Shown here piece after piece: positions 41,331 to 55,863 of a stretch of DNA of 64,000 nt (positions within the stretch are counted from its first letter, which is position 1; every line of letters starts with the position of its first letter). The position numbers and the translations under genes are program-made. The notes beneath the pieces were generated by a model, which worked only from the letters and a program-made list of their open reading frames with translations, was not told the DNA's origin and did no database searches. The stretch is from the human T2T-CHM13v2.0 reference genome, Homo sapiens, in the NCBI RefSeq assembly GCF_009914755.1, contig NC_060930.1, one strand, 5' to 3'.

Positions 41331-44300
41331 ACTGAGAATCAGGTACATTTTTAAGGAACCCTAGTTCCCTTTATTGAGAAATGGTATATTCCAAGACCAC
41401 TGTCTGTACCCCAGCATTGTTCATTGCAGCAGAAATTGTGGCTGGTCATTGTTTTACTGTTTAGTGGGCAGATGAAAACACATACACAAAATGCATCACA
41501 TGTCCTTTCTGATAGTTCTGATTCAAATTCAGGATTTGAGAATTTTGCTTAATCTCTTCTGACTTAATCCATATATCACCACCTTTCTTTTTTTATTGAG
41601 AAGCCCAATGTTCTGTGATACCAGGTGTGACAGAATATCAGATACTGACTATATTCCAAAATAGACAATCATCTCAGTGTGATTACTGGAAAACAGTTCA
41701 AGTTTTGTTTTTGACCATCCTTAGGTTATAACCCTCTGTGGATGTAACATCAGATAACTGCATTTTAAAGACTTTTGGAACATTTCTTCTCGTGGCTCTG
41801 CCACTGACTAGATATACAGTTAGATTCTTTTTTCTACTTTATTTCCAAAATAATAGCTTTATTGAGATATAATTCACTTAGCATAAAATTCACCATTTAA
41901 AGTGTTCAGTGGTTCTCTGTATTTGGAGTTGTGCAACCATCACCACTGCAACCATCCTCACTGTGTAACTTTGGAACATTTTCATTGCCCCTAAAAGAAG
42001 TCCTGTACCCTTTAGCTGTCACCTCCACAATTCCTGTGCTCACTAGCCCTATCTCTAGGCAACCGCTAATCTACTTTCTGTCTCTTAATATTTGCCTAGC
42101 CATATAAATGTGGTCATATGGTATGTGGTCTTTTGAGACTGGCTTCTTTCATTTGCATAATGTTTTCAAGGTTCATCCTTGCTGTGGTATGTATTGGCGC
42201 TTCATTCCTTTTTATGACTGAATAATATTCCATTGTATGGCTATACCACGTTTTGTTGATCTATTCATAGATTTCTTAAAATTTTATTTTTAGGTATTGG
42301 TTTTTAATTTGTTTTTATAAGAATTATGTGAAGTACTTGGTTTTACAAGAAAATCTAAATGTATTCTCAAAGAAGTTTAGCTTCTCTGACAGGGATAGTT
42401 AATCTTTTAAAACATTTTATGTTTTATACTTCTGTTTTTTAGTGTAACCTTTTTGGAAGTATGTAGTTTTGTTTATTTATTTACTTTTAATGTTTAAGAT
42501 GAGTTTATTTCCCCCAAGATGTCTTTGTATTAATATCTTTACATAACACCCTTAATATCCCCTCTTCAATTTTTTAATCTGCTTGTTCCCAACTTTGAGC
42601 TATATTGGAATTATCCTTTTATTTCTAAAGTTTCATTTGAAGTAATTTTCTTTTACTGCCAGTGAAATGCCAAGTTATTTCATATGCCCTTTCTTTTCCC
42701 CCAGATGGTGGTGGTGTGGTATATCTGTATTATCAATCATACAGCCGTGTATGACAGTACTTTCTCCCCCATAGCTGTCATTTAGTCTCAGTTCTTCAGG
42801 GTTGTGTGTGTGTAGATAGATAAAATATTTATAATAGACATGTAGATAGAAGTTTCAGATTTTGTTTAAAGGCTCATTTTTAATTATTATATCCCAGTCT
42901 CTTGAGTCATTCTGGTTGAGTGACACCTGTTCTTTAGTAGATTTCTGAGTAAGGGCTCAGGAGGACAGCATTTCCTGAGTTCTGCCATGTTTCTAACAGT
43001 TTGCAACATTTATACTTGGAAGTTTGTTTGGCTGTCCATAAAATCTTTGGTTTATATTTTCTTTCCTTGGATAAATTTGTTATTCATTCTTTTGACAGGA
43101 AGCATTGATGTTGAATGGTCTGATGACAATGTGATTTTTTGTTTCCATTTACAAGACCTTTGTTTGTTTGCTGAATACCTAAAGGATTTTTTTCTTTAAA
43201 CTCTACTAGTTTTACAGTGTTGGTTTTTCCAATTTGATATTTTCAGATACATGGTGTACACTTTGAATAAATAGTTTAGTTTGTTTGTTTGTCAGTCTGT
43301 TTTTTAAATTTCTAGTGAGTTTCTTAACTTACAGTTTCACATTTTTGCTTCACTGACTCAGTTCTCTTTGGGAACTGCTCTTTATATATTTTGGATCTAC
43401 TTTGCCTGTCTTCTCTGTCATTTCATTTCAGATCTTTTCTTTTTCTTAGTTTCTTTTTGAGTTATAAAGTTTTCTTTTGTTGACCTCATTTCAGTGAAGG
43501 CATTATCTGTTCTGTTTATTTGCTCTTATGTGCCTTCTAGTTTGTTTTTGATTTGGGACGTAAAATTGATTTGATTTTTGATTAAAAAATTAAATTCTGA
43601 GTTCTATCACTGAGGTTTTTTTTCTAATTCTAATTTTTGTCATTATTTTATATTTTTTATGATTTTCTTAATTTCTTTTAGTTTATTTCAGAAATCGGTC
43701 TACAATTCTCATCTGCTTAGTGGACATATCTTTCTGGCAAGCGCTCACTGTCTGGAGGGTTATTCTCCTTTTTCTCTCTCTGCTTATGGTAACCTTGTGC
43801 TAGATTCTACTACAGTTCTTTTCTGTTGCTTATTTTTAAACATGATACTTGTTTCCATGAACTTAAAGGAGAGAGGGAGTTAGGAAAGTGTTTGGGATTG
43901 GGGCTCTGAGTACCTTCTTCTCAAGTTTCAAACCATCTTCTCTGTTATTGTTTGAGGTCTGTGGACTGTTCTTCTTCCCATGTTCTCGATCTCCTCTTCT
44001 CTTTCCTCCTGTTGTCCTTTACTGGGGAGTTGGATTTCACTTTTTTTCCTCGATGTGGAGCCGAGAATTCCTGGAAGGGAATTTGGGGTACTAGTTTTAA
44101 GATATTATGGGGCCTAAACCACTCCAGCCCTTTCAGACCTTACTGCCAACCCCTTGCCTTCACTCATGAATAGTGCCAAAATCATTCCTAATTTCACAGA
44201 AGTTCTCTGTAGACTCTGTGAGCTTTTCATAGAGCACTCATCATGACTTGGGAATTGCCTCTTTACGCCCTTCAGACACCCTGTTAATTTCCTCTGCTTC

Positions 44301-45139
44301 CCTCCGCTAATGCTGATACCACATGGCTCTTGGAACTGTTCATGGTTTTCCCACCACCTCTTCTCTTTGGGGAGTCATGACCACCCCTTTTCATCTAGTT
44401 TTGTTGGAGGTTTGTCTCACAGAGTTTTGGTTTTGCTGTCCTCATTGCTCCATTTTTATGAGAGGGCGTTGAAGGGAAATTGAAACCCTGTTGCCACCAC
44501 TTTTTCCCAGAATTCTTTTTTTCAGTTTGACCTGTACTAAATTGCCAGTATTTGACCATTTTCAATGAACGAAAGTGGGAATTTTTATATAGTTTAACCT
44601 AATGCAGAGCTCTATCTTTAGATTTTACTACATTGGGAATTTCTTTTTCCAAATATATTGTTCAACATGTATTTTTGTGTTTAATACATACTTTGATTTC
44701 CCATAATAACCAGTAAGAATTTCTAAAACAGCTGCATAATTTTAGAAATGAATACTTGTGATACTGTGAGGTATAGTATGAGGTAAGCATGTCATTATTT
44801 TTCTGTTAATTGCTTATAACATACATTAGATAACCCATTATTTTCCAACTTCTTAAACTGCTGCCTTTTTTTTTTTACATTAAATTCTAGATAATTGGGT
44901 ATGTTTCTGTGTTCTGATCTGTTTATTACTGTGCAGGCTTATTCTATTTTAAATAGAGTAGGCTTATTAGTAAGGTTTGGTATCTTGTAGGACAGTGTTG
45001 CCCATTGTTTCTTTTCAGAAGTTTCTGTGCTGTTTTTATTTTTGCACATTACTTTCTTCCACATGGGCTTTATTATGGATTTGTCAAATCCACACAACAT
45101 GACATCAGAATTATTATTGTAATTACATTGCATGGTCTT

Positions 45140-45690
45140 AATATAGAATCTCTAAGATGGAGAGCACCCTTTCAATGATTAGAAGAGACACAAGATGGAA
45201 ATAAAGATTTTATTACTTGCAGGTTCTGGAGGGTACACGGCACGCCTACAGGCCGCTCATGCAGAGGTCAGGAAGTGCAGACAGGGAGAGAGGGAGGGAC
45301 CCATGGGCCAATGCCTTCGTGGAGTCCAAGGTATTGTCCAAACAGGTTTCCCTCAGGAAGGTTTAATTGGTGGATTTAAAGCAAGCAGGCACAAATTCCA
45401 GGAGGTCACGCTGTTACAGAGGTAGTCACAGTGCTGTGTCTGCACTGTCCATGAGAGGTATGAGGGTCAGGGCCAGTGAACCAGTCTGTGTGTAGCTGTC
45501 CATAGGGAGGTGGTCACTAGGAGGAAGTTGTATAAGGCAGGTATCTGGATCAGCCACATTGAGGAACTGGGAGGCAGTGTAGAACTGCACCCTGTGTCAA
45601 GGGTGACAGAGCCCTGCTTCTGCTATGTGAAGGTTCCACTTAGATTCAAAGTGCATACCAAGGCAACATAAAATTATGAGAATTTACTAT
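45140..45690. mobile_element. Probable ERV-type LTR remnant (family not resolved)
   Basis: Abrupt GC-richer ~550-bp block within AT-rich L1-like DNA; ttttattactt...caggttctggag motif typical of antisense ERVL LTRs. Confidence 0.4.
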
Positions 45691-45984
45691 GCATTTTATC
45701 CATGTCCTTATATTATTGAATCTTCCTAGTTTGGCTAGGCTTGATCTGGGGTTTTACACTGTGTTTGATGCTGTGCTCTTCACTGGAATAAGATGATAAC
45801 AGATATGTGTTCCTGCACTGCACTGTCCCTTTCTCCGCTCACTGGTTTTATTGTAATAATTTGGAATGCAAGATCCAGGCCTTTTCTTTATAGTGTACTT
45901 AAAATTGTGTTTTTAATATTTCATTCTAGAACTCGAATTGTAGTCAGTAACCAAATTATCATCATATAGTTGTATCTGCCTATA

Positions 45985-46488
<504 letters not shown>

Positions 46489-47459
46489 TATAAGTTTTGT
46501 TAAATTTATGGCTTTTCTCTTTGTTTGCTATTTTTCTTTCCCTATCTTGTGATTTTTTTATTCCAGTCTAGTTGTCATTTAACTAGACTCTACCATAACC
46601 ATACTTTGAATAGTTTTTTAGAGAAGGTAAGTGAATTGTACTTTGAGATCATCCCTATTCAGAGGCTGCTGCTGCTTTACATCTTAGTGGTGTTTTGACT
46701 ATGCCAAATGCTTTTCTCCCCTTTTCCTTTTGTTCTTTATGGAACTCTGATCTTACGTTAGAGCCGCTAGATCTGACTTCCATGTCTCTTGTTTTTACTC
46801 AAAGTTTCCATTTCATCTTTTCTTTTTTTTTTTGCTCTGAGTTATAGTAATAATTTCTGCAGTTAATTCTAGATTATTAAATCAGTTTTAGCAGTGTTCA
46901 TTCTATTTTCACTGTCTTCTTGAGTTTATTTCAGAAGTCTTAATTTATTATTTTCCAGAGGACTTTAATGAGATCTCGTATTAGAGTATTTTTATTGTTC
47001 TCTCCTGTTTTCTACATTAAATCGGTATTAATTGAGCCCAGCTGTTCTGATTCTTCCCTTTAGTCTCCTCTTAAGGAAATTGCTGTTTCCTCTGAAGTGC
47101 TGAATTTTTGAAACATCTGCTCCTCTCTGTCTGGACATGTATTGACATACCAAGCTCCTCCAGCAGGAAGGGGGTTCCTCTGTGACTGTGGAGGTCTGGC
47201 TGTTGGCTCTCCCAGGCAATGTGGTCTTGCACTTTTTTGAGAACTAGGGATTGTGCCTTTGGCTCATTGAGCCCGTAAACAAAGTCAGCAGGCTGGGACT
47301 GTTTGGAATGCCGAAAGAATTATTTAGAATTTTATCTTAGAAAGTTTGGTGAATTTTATAGAGCTTTATATAAACATTGTTTTCTGATATCATTATACCA
47401 GAGGCGGTGGAGGGAAGCATTTACAGCGTCTAAAGCCTTTACTTACACATACCTTAAGC

Positions 47460-47884
47460 TGTTAACCCTGAATATCTGAGACAGGTCTGTTAATTTAGAA
47501 AGTTTGTTTTGCCAAGGTCAAGGATGTGTGCGCCTGTGACACAGCCTCAGGACGTCCTGACTATGTGTGCCCAAGGTGGTCAGGGCACAGCTTGGTTTTA
47601 TACATTTTAGGGAGACATGAGACATCAATCAATATATGTAAGATGTACATTGGTTCCATCCAGAAAGACAGGACAACTCGAAGCAGGGATGGGGCTTGCA
47701 GGTCACAGGTAGGTAAGAGACAAAACGTTACATTTTTTTGAATTTCTGATTAGCTTCCTTATGCATCGATCTCAGTGAGCAGAGGGAACAGGATGGGAGG
47801 CAGGTTTACCCTAAGCAGTTCCCAGCTTGACTTTTCCCTTTAGCTTAATGATTTGGGGGCTCCAAGATTTGTTTTCCTTTCACA
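47460..47884 (-). mobile_element. MER4A/MER4A1 ERV1 solo LTR
   Basis: The minus strand begins TGTGAAAGGAAAACAAATCTTGG...AAGCTAAAGGGAAAAGTCAAGCTGGGAACTGCTTAGGG and ends ...CCTGTCTCAGATATT...AACA. Confidence 0.85.
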
Positions 47885-48469
47885 ACCCTGACCACATTTA
47901 TTACAAGTAATTATTTTAGTGGTTATTTTAGAAATTCTTGCCTGTTAGGGAAACCCAGGTGTGTACTAATTTAAGTGCAAAAGTATGTATTAAATGTAGA
48001 AGGATAAATCTTGTTTTCCTTAGTGCTAATGCAGATTACTACGTGGAAACGGTGTGTTCTTCCAACTTTATATTTTAGTGGTTATATACTAACATTGTTT
48101 GATGTCAGGTTATAATAGACTAAACGTCTGTGTTTTAAGAGACAAGAATTTTTTCCTTTCAGACGTTTAATCTTGATGGTAATTTTATACTAAGAAGAAG
48201 GCATATCCTCGTTTCTGTCATTAAGTGTATCTCAGTTATGCCAAGTATATGTTATTCTTTTTGAAAATCAAAACATCCACTTTTAAAACTGTAGACCTTG
48301 TCAATCTGTCACTAACATAATTACTGTTGGCATTAGGAGTACAATAGGGAATTTGAGAACTAAGAGCTTGTTAACAAGGTTGATGACATCATATGTTCCA
48401 TTCTTTAGTGTTAGATTGTTAATAGCTGGGGAAGAAGAAACACTGGCACTTTTATAGGAGTATTTACCT

Positions 48470-50180
48470 ATTAATTTATTCATCAAACATAAGCATCTAT
48501 TATGTGGCAAGTACCGAGCTAAGTTTTAGAGACCCATAGTTAACTGGAGATAAACAATCTTTTTCATGGAACTGATGGTCTAATGGGTAAATAGATAAAA
48601 TAATGCATTACAGTAAAGCATGATAAATACAACAGAGGAAGCATTTGCAAGGCACAAATACTGTGAGAAAAGGGAGAGATTAAATGAGTTATTTGAGGCA
48701 ATCACAGTAAACTTCATAGAGGAGGGTGGCATCTGGGCTTCTTCCTAATGAGAGGAAGAGTTCACCAGGGACAGAACACTGTCTGCAGATCAGAACTTCT
48801 GATAATAAAAGGGATTAATTTGTGCAAAAGCACAGAGGCAGGTTTGTTATGGGTAAAGGAGAAAAAGGTGGTGGCAGGAGATAAGGATCAAGATCTATGC
48901 AGAGACCTGGCCATTAGGCTAAATAAAAGTGTCTGACACTTAGGGCTGTCAGTGAAGCATTGCATTTTAAATTAGAAGGGCTAAGACAAGCCTTGGAACA
49001 AAATCACTTTGTGGGTTATTGAGAGGTCAGTGGATTGACGCGTTGTAATCAGAAAAGCAGTTGAAGATCCACTGTGAGTTAAGGCAGAGGGTAGAGGAGA
49101 AGGTGGATTTAAGGAGTATTTAGTAGAACTGATAAAGCATGTTAAACGTCTGCATGTATGGTTCAAGGAAAGAAAAGTGTGGAAGGCCATGAATGAGCAT
49201 TAATTAGTGAAAGCCAAGCTGTCCGTTGGAAATGGGAAAACACAGAAACAGGGAATCATCTTGAAGAAGATAATAGCCGTAAAAATTAGTCCACTCTGCA
49301 GCTGAGGCTCTTTGTGATTCCTTGAGTCCTCTGACAGTTCTAGATGTGGGGGTTTATGCAAACCTGACTTAAGATATGGCTTCTTCTATTTGCTGTAAAG
49401 CAACTAATGGTCCAGAAGGAGAGACCAACATGTTAACAGTAGTGATTTTACTAATGTTATATGTAGTATGTTTTTAGAGCGTTTTTCCCATGTGTACAGC
49501 ATGCTGTTTAATCTTGTTAAGAGGTAGTTGATGGCTCTATTTTTAAAATGAAGAAATCAACCCTGAGAGACTACTCAGTGCTTCCAGAATCACATCGCTA
49601 ATTGACTCAAAACCAGCTTTTCTGATTTTTGGACCTTGGTTGTTTTCTCATTAAGCCACACCGTCTCTATCATGAAAGTCAAGGTAAACTCAGGGTTTAG
49701 AGTATTTTAGTGGCATGCTGTTGGGGGCGAGAAGAAAGTCACTGGAAAGGTATCATGAGGTGAACCTTGAAAACTAAGGATTTTGAAGTGGAAAATAAAG
49801 AGGCGAGCATTTCCAGGTGGGGAGGCAGCATGGGCAGCGAGGCTGGTGATGGCACACGTGTGTGAGGGTTGGTTGAGAGTGTCACGTGGAGGCAGGAGAG
49901 AAGGCAGCACTGGAGGGTGAGACTAGGTCATGGAGGGTCTTCCATAGCAGCTCAAGTTGTTTGGGCCATATTTGGTAGATGAGCAGGTCGGGGGCAGCAC
50001 TTGGAAGTGTCAGATGAGAGTATCATTCATGAATGCAGCAACAATTACTGTCTGCTGTAATCAGTGCCAGGCGTGGGGACGGTCCTTTTAGTATAGTGGT
50101 AAGGAAGTGAAAGTCCTTGCCCTCAGGAAGTTCTGTCCCCAAGTTATGGTGGAGTGTGAAATACTCTGATGGCAGGGAGT
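48470..50180. mobile_element. L2 LINE fragments
   Basis: atttattcatcaaacat...tattatgtg, tcattcatgaatgc and gtccttgccctcaggaagtt motifs. Confidence 0.5.
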
Positions 50181-51015
50181 AGGGGTTCTGGTGAGGAATG
50201 ATGGGGAGGGGAGAAATAGCTCCCATGGAGCAGGGAGAAGGTGGGTGAGGACCAAAGGGAGGAGAAGCAGGGGCCTTGGGGAGCCAGGGAGGAGTGACCA
50301 GGAGCAGAGAGAGTGCTCCCAACATTCCAGATCCCCTACTTTATGGGGAAAGGTGTAAGGAATTTGAGAGGAACAGCTAAAAGAACGGGGGTGGGGGCGG
50401 ACAACGCAACACTAGGGTTCCCGGGAAGCATCACAAAACGGATAACTGAGTCATGCCAACCAGGTTGATCTTAACGATTTTTTAATTTTTCTGTCAGCAT
50501 CGTTCATTACAGCTCAGGGGAACAAATGGACAGAAGAATTAGTGGAACTGATTAGTTTTTATGTTTTCATAAATGGCTACTTAGGATGAGCTGTTATTTG
50601 ATTTTGTAATGTTTTCTCTAATTTCAGTAATTCTCTGGTTTTTTTCCCAGTCTAGAGATAGTTGTCGATAGTACTGTATATAACCTGAAAAATAAAGTGT
50701 TCTGATCATTTTAAGTGTGAGGCAAAAATGTTAAAGATGAACCTGATTCTTTTTCTAATATACTTCTTTGATCAAAGTATTGCAATTTGGTTTTGGTTCT
50801 CATTATGGTTTCCAGCATTCTTAGAACTTTTTGGATCTATGTTGAAAATGTTGAAGTTATTAAATTCATTAAATTATTAAATATTCTTTTCCCTGTAAAA
50901 TTAGAATTTTTGTAGATTTGTTAGCACATTGTAGAGAATAAGAGTTTATAACCACAACCGTAGAACGTTGTCTCGTATGCTCTTTTAATCTGTGCCTGTT
51001 GAATTTTTGTTATAG

Positions 51016-51258
51016 TTTTCTGAATTTCCAGATCCCATGTGGGGTTCAGATTATGTGCAGTTGTCAAGGACACCACCTTCATCTGAGGAGAAATGCAGTG
51101 CTGTGTCGTGGGAGGAGCTGAAGGCCATGGATTTACCTTCATTCGAACCTGCCTTCCTAGTTCTCTGCCGAGTCCTTCTGAATGTCATACATGAGTGTCT
51201 GAAGTTAAGATTGGAGCAGAGACCTGCTGGAGAACCATCTCTCTTGAGTATTAAGCAG
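51016..51258 (+). CDS. MAP3K4: MAP3K4 exon 4 (243 nt; FSEFPDPMWGSDY...PSLLSIKQ, ~aa 570-650)
   Basis: Acceptor ttgttatAG|TTT and donor CAG|GTTTGC; phase 0/0, in frame with exons 3 and 5. Confidence 0.97.
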
Positions 51259-53873
51259 GTTTGCTTCAAAGACTCTTTAAAATATTTAGCAATTATTATA
51301 TTATCCTACAGGCTTATCATTTTTATTTTGAGAGTTCCTTTTTTTTTCTTAATTGTCGCAAATAGTGAAAAATGACTGTTTGTCCATGGTTTTAAGCTGT
51401 ATATTTTAGGGTAATTAAAAATGTTCTTTATATGCGGTCCTCAAAGGTAAGATTGTGGTTCATCCTTTCTGTCATCCACTTCCTTGTTCTAAGTATTTTA
51501 AAGTTTCAGTCTTTGAAGACTAAAATTTAAAATTCATTCATAAGAGGTAGAGTATAAGATTCTTAAATTTATTTATTTTTTCTATTTGAAGTACATGTAA
51601 ACAGATAAATGTCTAGAATAGGCATGGGGAGGGGTTTGGACTTTCTGCTTGCTTAAGCAGTGGTATGGTTTAAACAGTAGTGACAGCTTATGATTTCTTC
51701 GTTGTTGTTCATTCTGGGTGGGATCTTACGGATGTTTGATATCCCAGGAGCAGCAGCGGAATGGGTGGAAGCAGTTGTATCCAGCAGAGTGAGTGCTGAA
51801 GAGGGTCTGTATTTATTATTTATGATATTAACATATTGATATTCACCATATAAAGTAAAAATTTCCAGACCTTGTCCCCAAAAGAAGAAAGGTTGGTATG
51901 TTTTTTGTAGACTGTACGTGTCTATCCCATAGGGATTGGAGGGCTAAGAGCTACCCGGCTCTGTGAATGGTAAGACAAAGCATAGGTGAGCAGTGCAGAT
52001 TGAGGAAAGGCAGGTGAATACAGGTCATACAGTAGGTACAAAATAGGATTTGTTTGTTTAATTAGGAGTAGAATAGAATGACTAATGAAAGTCATTTGGA
52101 GATTGTCCCCTGCATCTCATTTCCATCCCTTTGGTTCATACCCAGCACCGCCAGAGCTCTGTTTCCATGTTAGCTCCCCTTCCTTCTCACCCTCTTGTTT
52201 CTGGTTATTGTCGTGCTGTCCACTTTGGCCTTGCTTTTAACTCATCCTCATAATCGCAGTGGTTATCTAGGACATTTTGGGAAAATACTTCTCAGCTTCC
52301 TTCTTTATGAAAGAAATACTTCAGAAATATAGCCTGGTAAAGCAAGGTGGAGTTTATCTTTTGTTGATGGGGCTATTGTGAGGACTAAATAGTAATGTAT
52401 GTTGTAATACTTTGAAAAATAAAAACAATACTTAGATTAATGTAGCACTGCTAGAGTAGAAAGAAAGCAGAAATTTTGGTTTAAATGCATTCAAAGATCA
52501 GTTACAAGCACCTAAGTGACATCTTTAATAGAGAAATTGATAATTATATAATCTGAACAGAACACTTTTTGTTAGATTTAACTGTAGCCATAGCTCTCTT
52601 ACAGTGGATAATTACTTTAAAACATTTCTGGGAGAGACTTCTGTCAATAAAAGCAATCCATGTTTATTTTAGAAATTTAGAAAAGTACAAAAAAAGATAA
52701 AAAATCAAAATCAAAAATAATTGTAAAAACCCTGTTATTCTGACATTCAGAGATAACTGCTATGACATTTTGGTGTATTTCTATCCATTTGTTTTTCCTG
52801 CACATACATAACTTCCTACACATACAAGTAAGTATGTGTGTGTGTGAGTTTTTTCCCTGTAAGTATTTTTCAAAAGCAAGAATTTAAATGGCTGCAACAG
52901 TATTCTACTGTATAGGCACATCACAATTTATTTGGTTAATCATCGATTTAAGTAACATTGTGATAAATATGCTTGTATAGAAATCTTAGTTTAGATCTCT
53001 GATTATTTCTCGAGTGTAAAACATAATAGTATATAGATGAGTCATACATTTTTAGACTCTAGAAAGTTTGTATCAGTTTACCTTTCCATTAGCGGCAGTG
53101 AAGGTTTGGCTAACATGTATGAAAACGAATGTGACTGTGTGATCTCATATTACAGTCCCTGTTTATTAGAATTTGCGTACATTGTGTCTCAGTCTTTTTA
53201 TTAATGGGAAGGGCTTTCCAGATTGTCTCATTTCAACCTTCTGCCCACGTTTGGCAGGTTATTACCTATTAGATCTATATATTGCAAATTTGCCCATTTT
53301 TTGTTTTGTTTTTTTCTGTTGATTTTTATCTAATTCCATCACATAATATTAAGTCGGTTGGTTGGTTTTGGTGGTCATTATTTGATGGTAGACTGGGCCA
53401 CAAATCACAGTAGGTAAACTATGCTAAATTATTGCGAAGGCCACCTGCTTTGTGGTAAAAAGTACCTTTGAATCTTTATTATGTTTTTGATCATTAGGAG
53501 GTTTTTCTTTCTCACATTTCTTGTAATGTAAATTAGTAGAAAAATTGATTTTATTCTATGGGATTTACTTTCTATATAAGTTTGTTGTTAAGAGAATTTA
53601 TTTTAGCAAAGCAGTAATTGCCTATATGGTATTTTCTCTGTGTATCCATGCTGTAGTATTAAATTCTTTTATTTTCACTGTTTTGTTGCTTCTCAATTGA
53701 GACTACTAAGGTATTTACATAAAATGAACTGATCAAGAATCTAGAAACTATTGTAGGTTTTTTAGAGGCAAGGTTCCCTCTGAGTTTTTTGAAGATTTAA
53801 GTAGGAAGATATAAAACACGGATCGTCTGGTTGGAGTTTATGGCTGCTGGAACCTGTGTGTGTTGTTTTGCAG

Positions 53874-54020
53874 CTGGTGAGAGAGTGTAAGGAGGTCCTG
53901 AAGGGCGGCCTGCTGATGAAGCAGTACTACCAGTTCATGCTGCAGGAGGTTCTGGAGGACTTGGAGAAGCCCGACTGCAACATTGACGCTTTTGAAGAGG
54001 ATCTACATAAAATGCTTATG
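53874..54020 (+). CDS. MAP3K4: MAP3K4 exon 5 (147 nt; LVRECKEVLK...DLHKMLM, ~aa 651-699)
   Basis: Acceptor gttttgcAG|CTG and donor ATG|GTCAGA; phase 0/0. Confidence 0.96.
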
Positions 54021-55149
54021 GTCAGAAGCAGTGGGGAGGAATTTTTCTTTCTTTCTTTGTTTCTTTTTTTAAAAAAGTAAGCCTGTATTTCCTTGTTTTG
54101 CAAACAGCGTTGGCATACATATTCAGATAAACTTCTCTAGTAATGAATTATAGAAATGATCCCTGAAAGTATAGCTTGTGTGTGTGTATTGCGGAGGGCG
54201 GTGGTGGTGATCTTGAATCAGAGTCTTTCCATCTGGTATTAGATTACATTTGTTTCTCTGAAATCCACATTTAAAAAATTCTCAATTGTTTTTAAGTTGG
54301 AAGTTTTTGACAAACGTTAACCTAGTTCATTCTTTACTTGTAGAATAGTTCATCTTATGGCAGAATGGCCCAGAAGTAGAATCAAAATATGGTCCTATGT
54401 TAGTGAACCGTCTGTCATCAGCCATTTTTATAATACCTAGGATGTGCTAGGGACCTTGCATGGCTCTGGGAGTGTTGAAGATCAACAAGACACTCGTAGT
54501 CTGGTGGGACTAGGCATGGTAGATGGTAACGCCCCCGAGGGCTCGGTGCCAGCAGAGAAGCTTGCTGTGTTGTCTGGGAGGCACTTCCAGTGAGGAAGCT
54601 GAATCTTAAAAAGATGAGTTAAGGGTTAGTTAAGGAACCTGGCACATTTGAGGACTTGTAAATAGTTTGATTGGGCAGGAGTAGACCTATTTTTATTTTG
54701 TCATAAAAAGAGACCTCCTGTCTTCTCACTTACACTGAATGTGCCCTGTGCTTTTAACCTCTGTTCACATTCTTCTTTCCTGTTAGAAATGCCCCCTCCT
54801 CCACTTTATCTGCCTATTTAAGGCTTACTTTCAGGTTTTATTTTTCTCTAGAAAGCTTTATCTGACAGTTTTAACTTTTAGTCTGTGTTTATACCTTCTT
54901 TGAACTCTTTTTAGCAGTTACAGTTAGAACTATATGGTTTAACATTTAAACAGAGACTCTTTTCTCAGGTTGCCCTAATTAGACTGAAAGCTTCATGAGC
55001 CAAGGGCTATAACTTGAAATTCTCTTGTTTTCCATAGTATCTGATAGTGTTCATGTATCGTAAGTACACGTTAGATTCATTAGGGTATATGCATAGATGA
55101 TTACGTAATGTGACAGGTTAATGAAATAATAAAACTGTATCGTTGTAGG

Positions 55150-55470
55150 TGGGGTGCATTCATTCTTGCTTAACATGTACTGTGTCCTGCCTAAGGATGG
55201 CTGCAGCACCTACAGATACCACTCTCACTTTCTAAGCGGGAAGAAAAGGGGAAACAGACCTTACCAGCTAAGTCCAGACCTTTTTATCAGAGCAATAGGA
55301 GCTCTCCTGGCAACCCCACCCAGCACATTTCCCCTGCCTTTTGTTGACCAGACCTGTTGCATGGCCTCACTGTTGCCATGGAGGCTGGGAATGCACATGT
55401 TGAGCTTTCCAGCCTCTGTAGTAGAAGTAGAGAAGGAAGAATGTGGCTGGGAATGAGACATATTATATCT
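55150..55470. mobile_element. MLT1-type LTR remnant
   Basis: aaggatggctgcagcacc, ggaggctgggaa and ttccagcctctgtagtagaag motifs. Confidence 0.5.
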
Positions 55471-55564
55471 GGCATATTGCAAGAAATCATTTTAATGAGT
55501 TAGAAGTTATTCTCTATATAAAAGACCTGAGTGTGTAAAATGGCTGTATTTTGAAATACTATGT

Positions 55565-55863
55565 ATTTATTTTCTTTTTTGAGATAGAGTTTTGCTCTGT
55601 CACCTAGACTGAAACGCAGTGGTGTGTTGACGGCTTCCTGTAGTCTCAACCTACTGGGCTCAAACGATCCTCCTGCCTCAGCCTCCCTAATAACTGGGAC
55701 CACAGGCGTGTGCCACCACACCTGGCTAATTTTTAAAAATTTTTTTGTAGAGTCAGGGTCTCACTATGTTGCCCAGGCTGGTCTTGAACTCCTGGGCTCA
55801 GTGATCCTCCCGCCTTGGCCTCCCAAAGTGCTGGGATTATAGGCATTAGCCACCACACCTGCC
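55565..55863 (-). mobile_element. Alu (AluJ-like)
   Basis: Antisense dimer; degenerate TSD actat(g/a)tattt. Confidence 0.92.
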
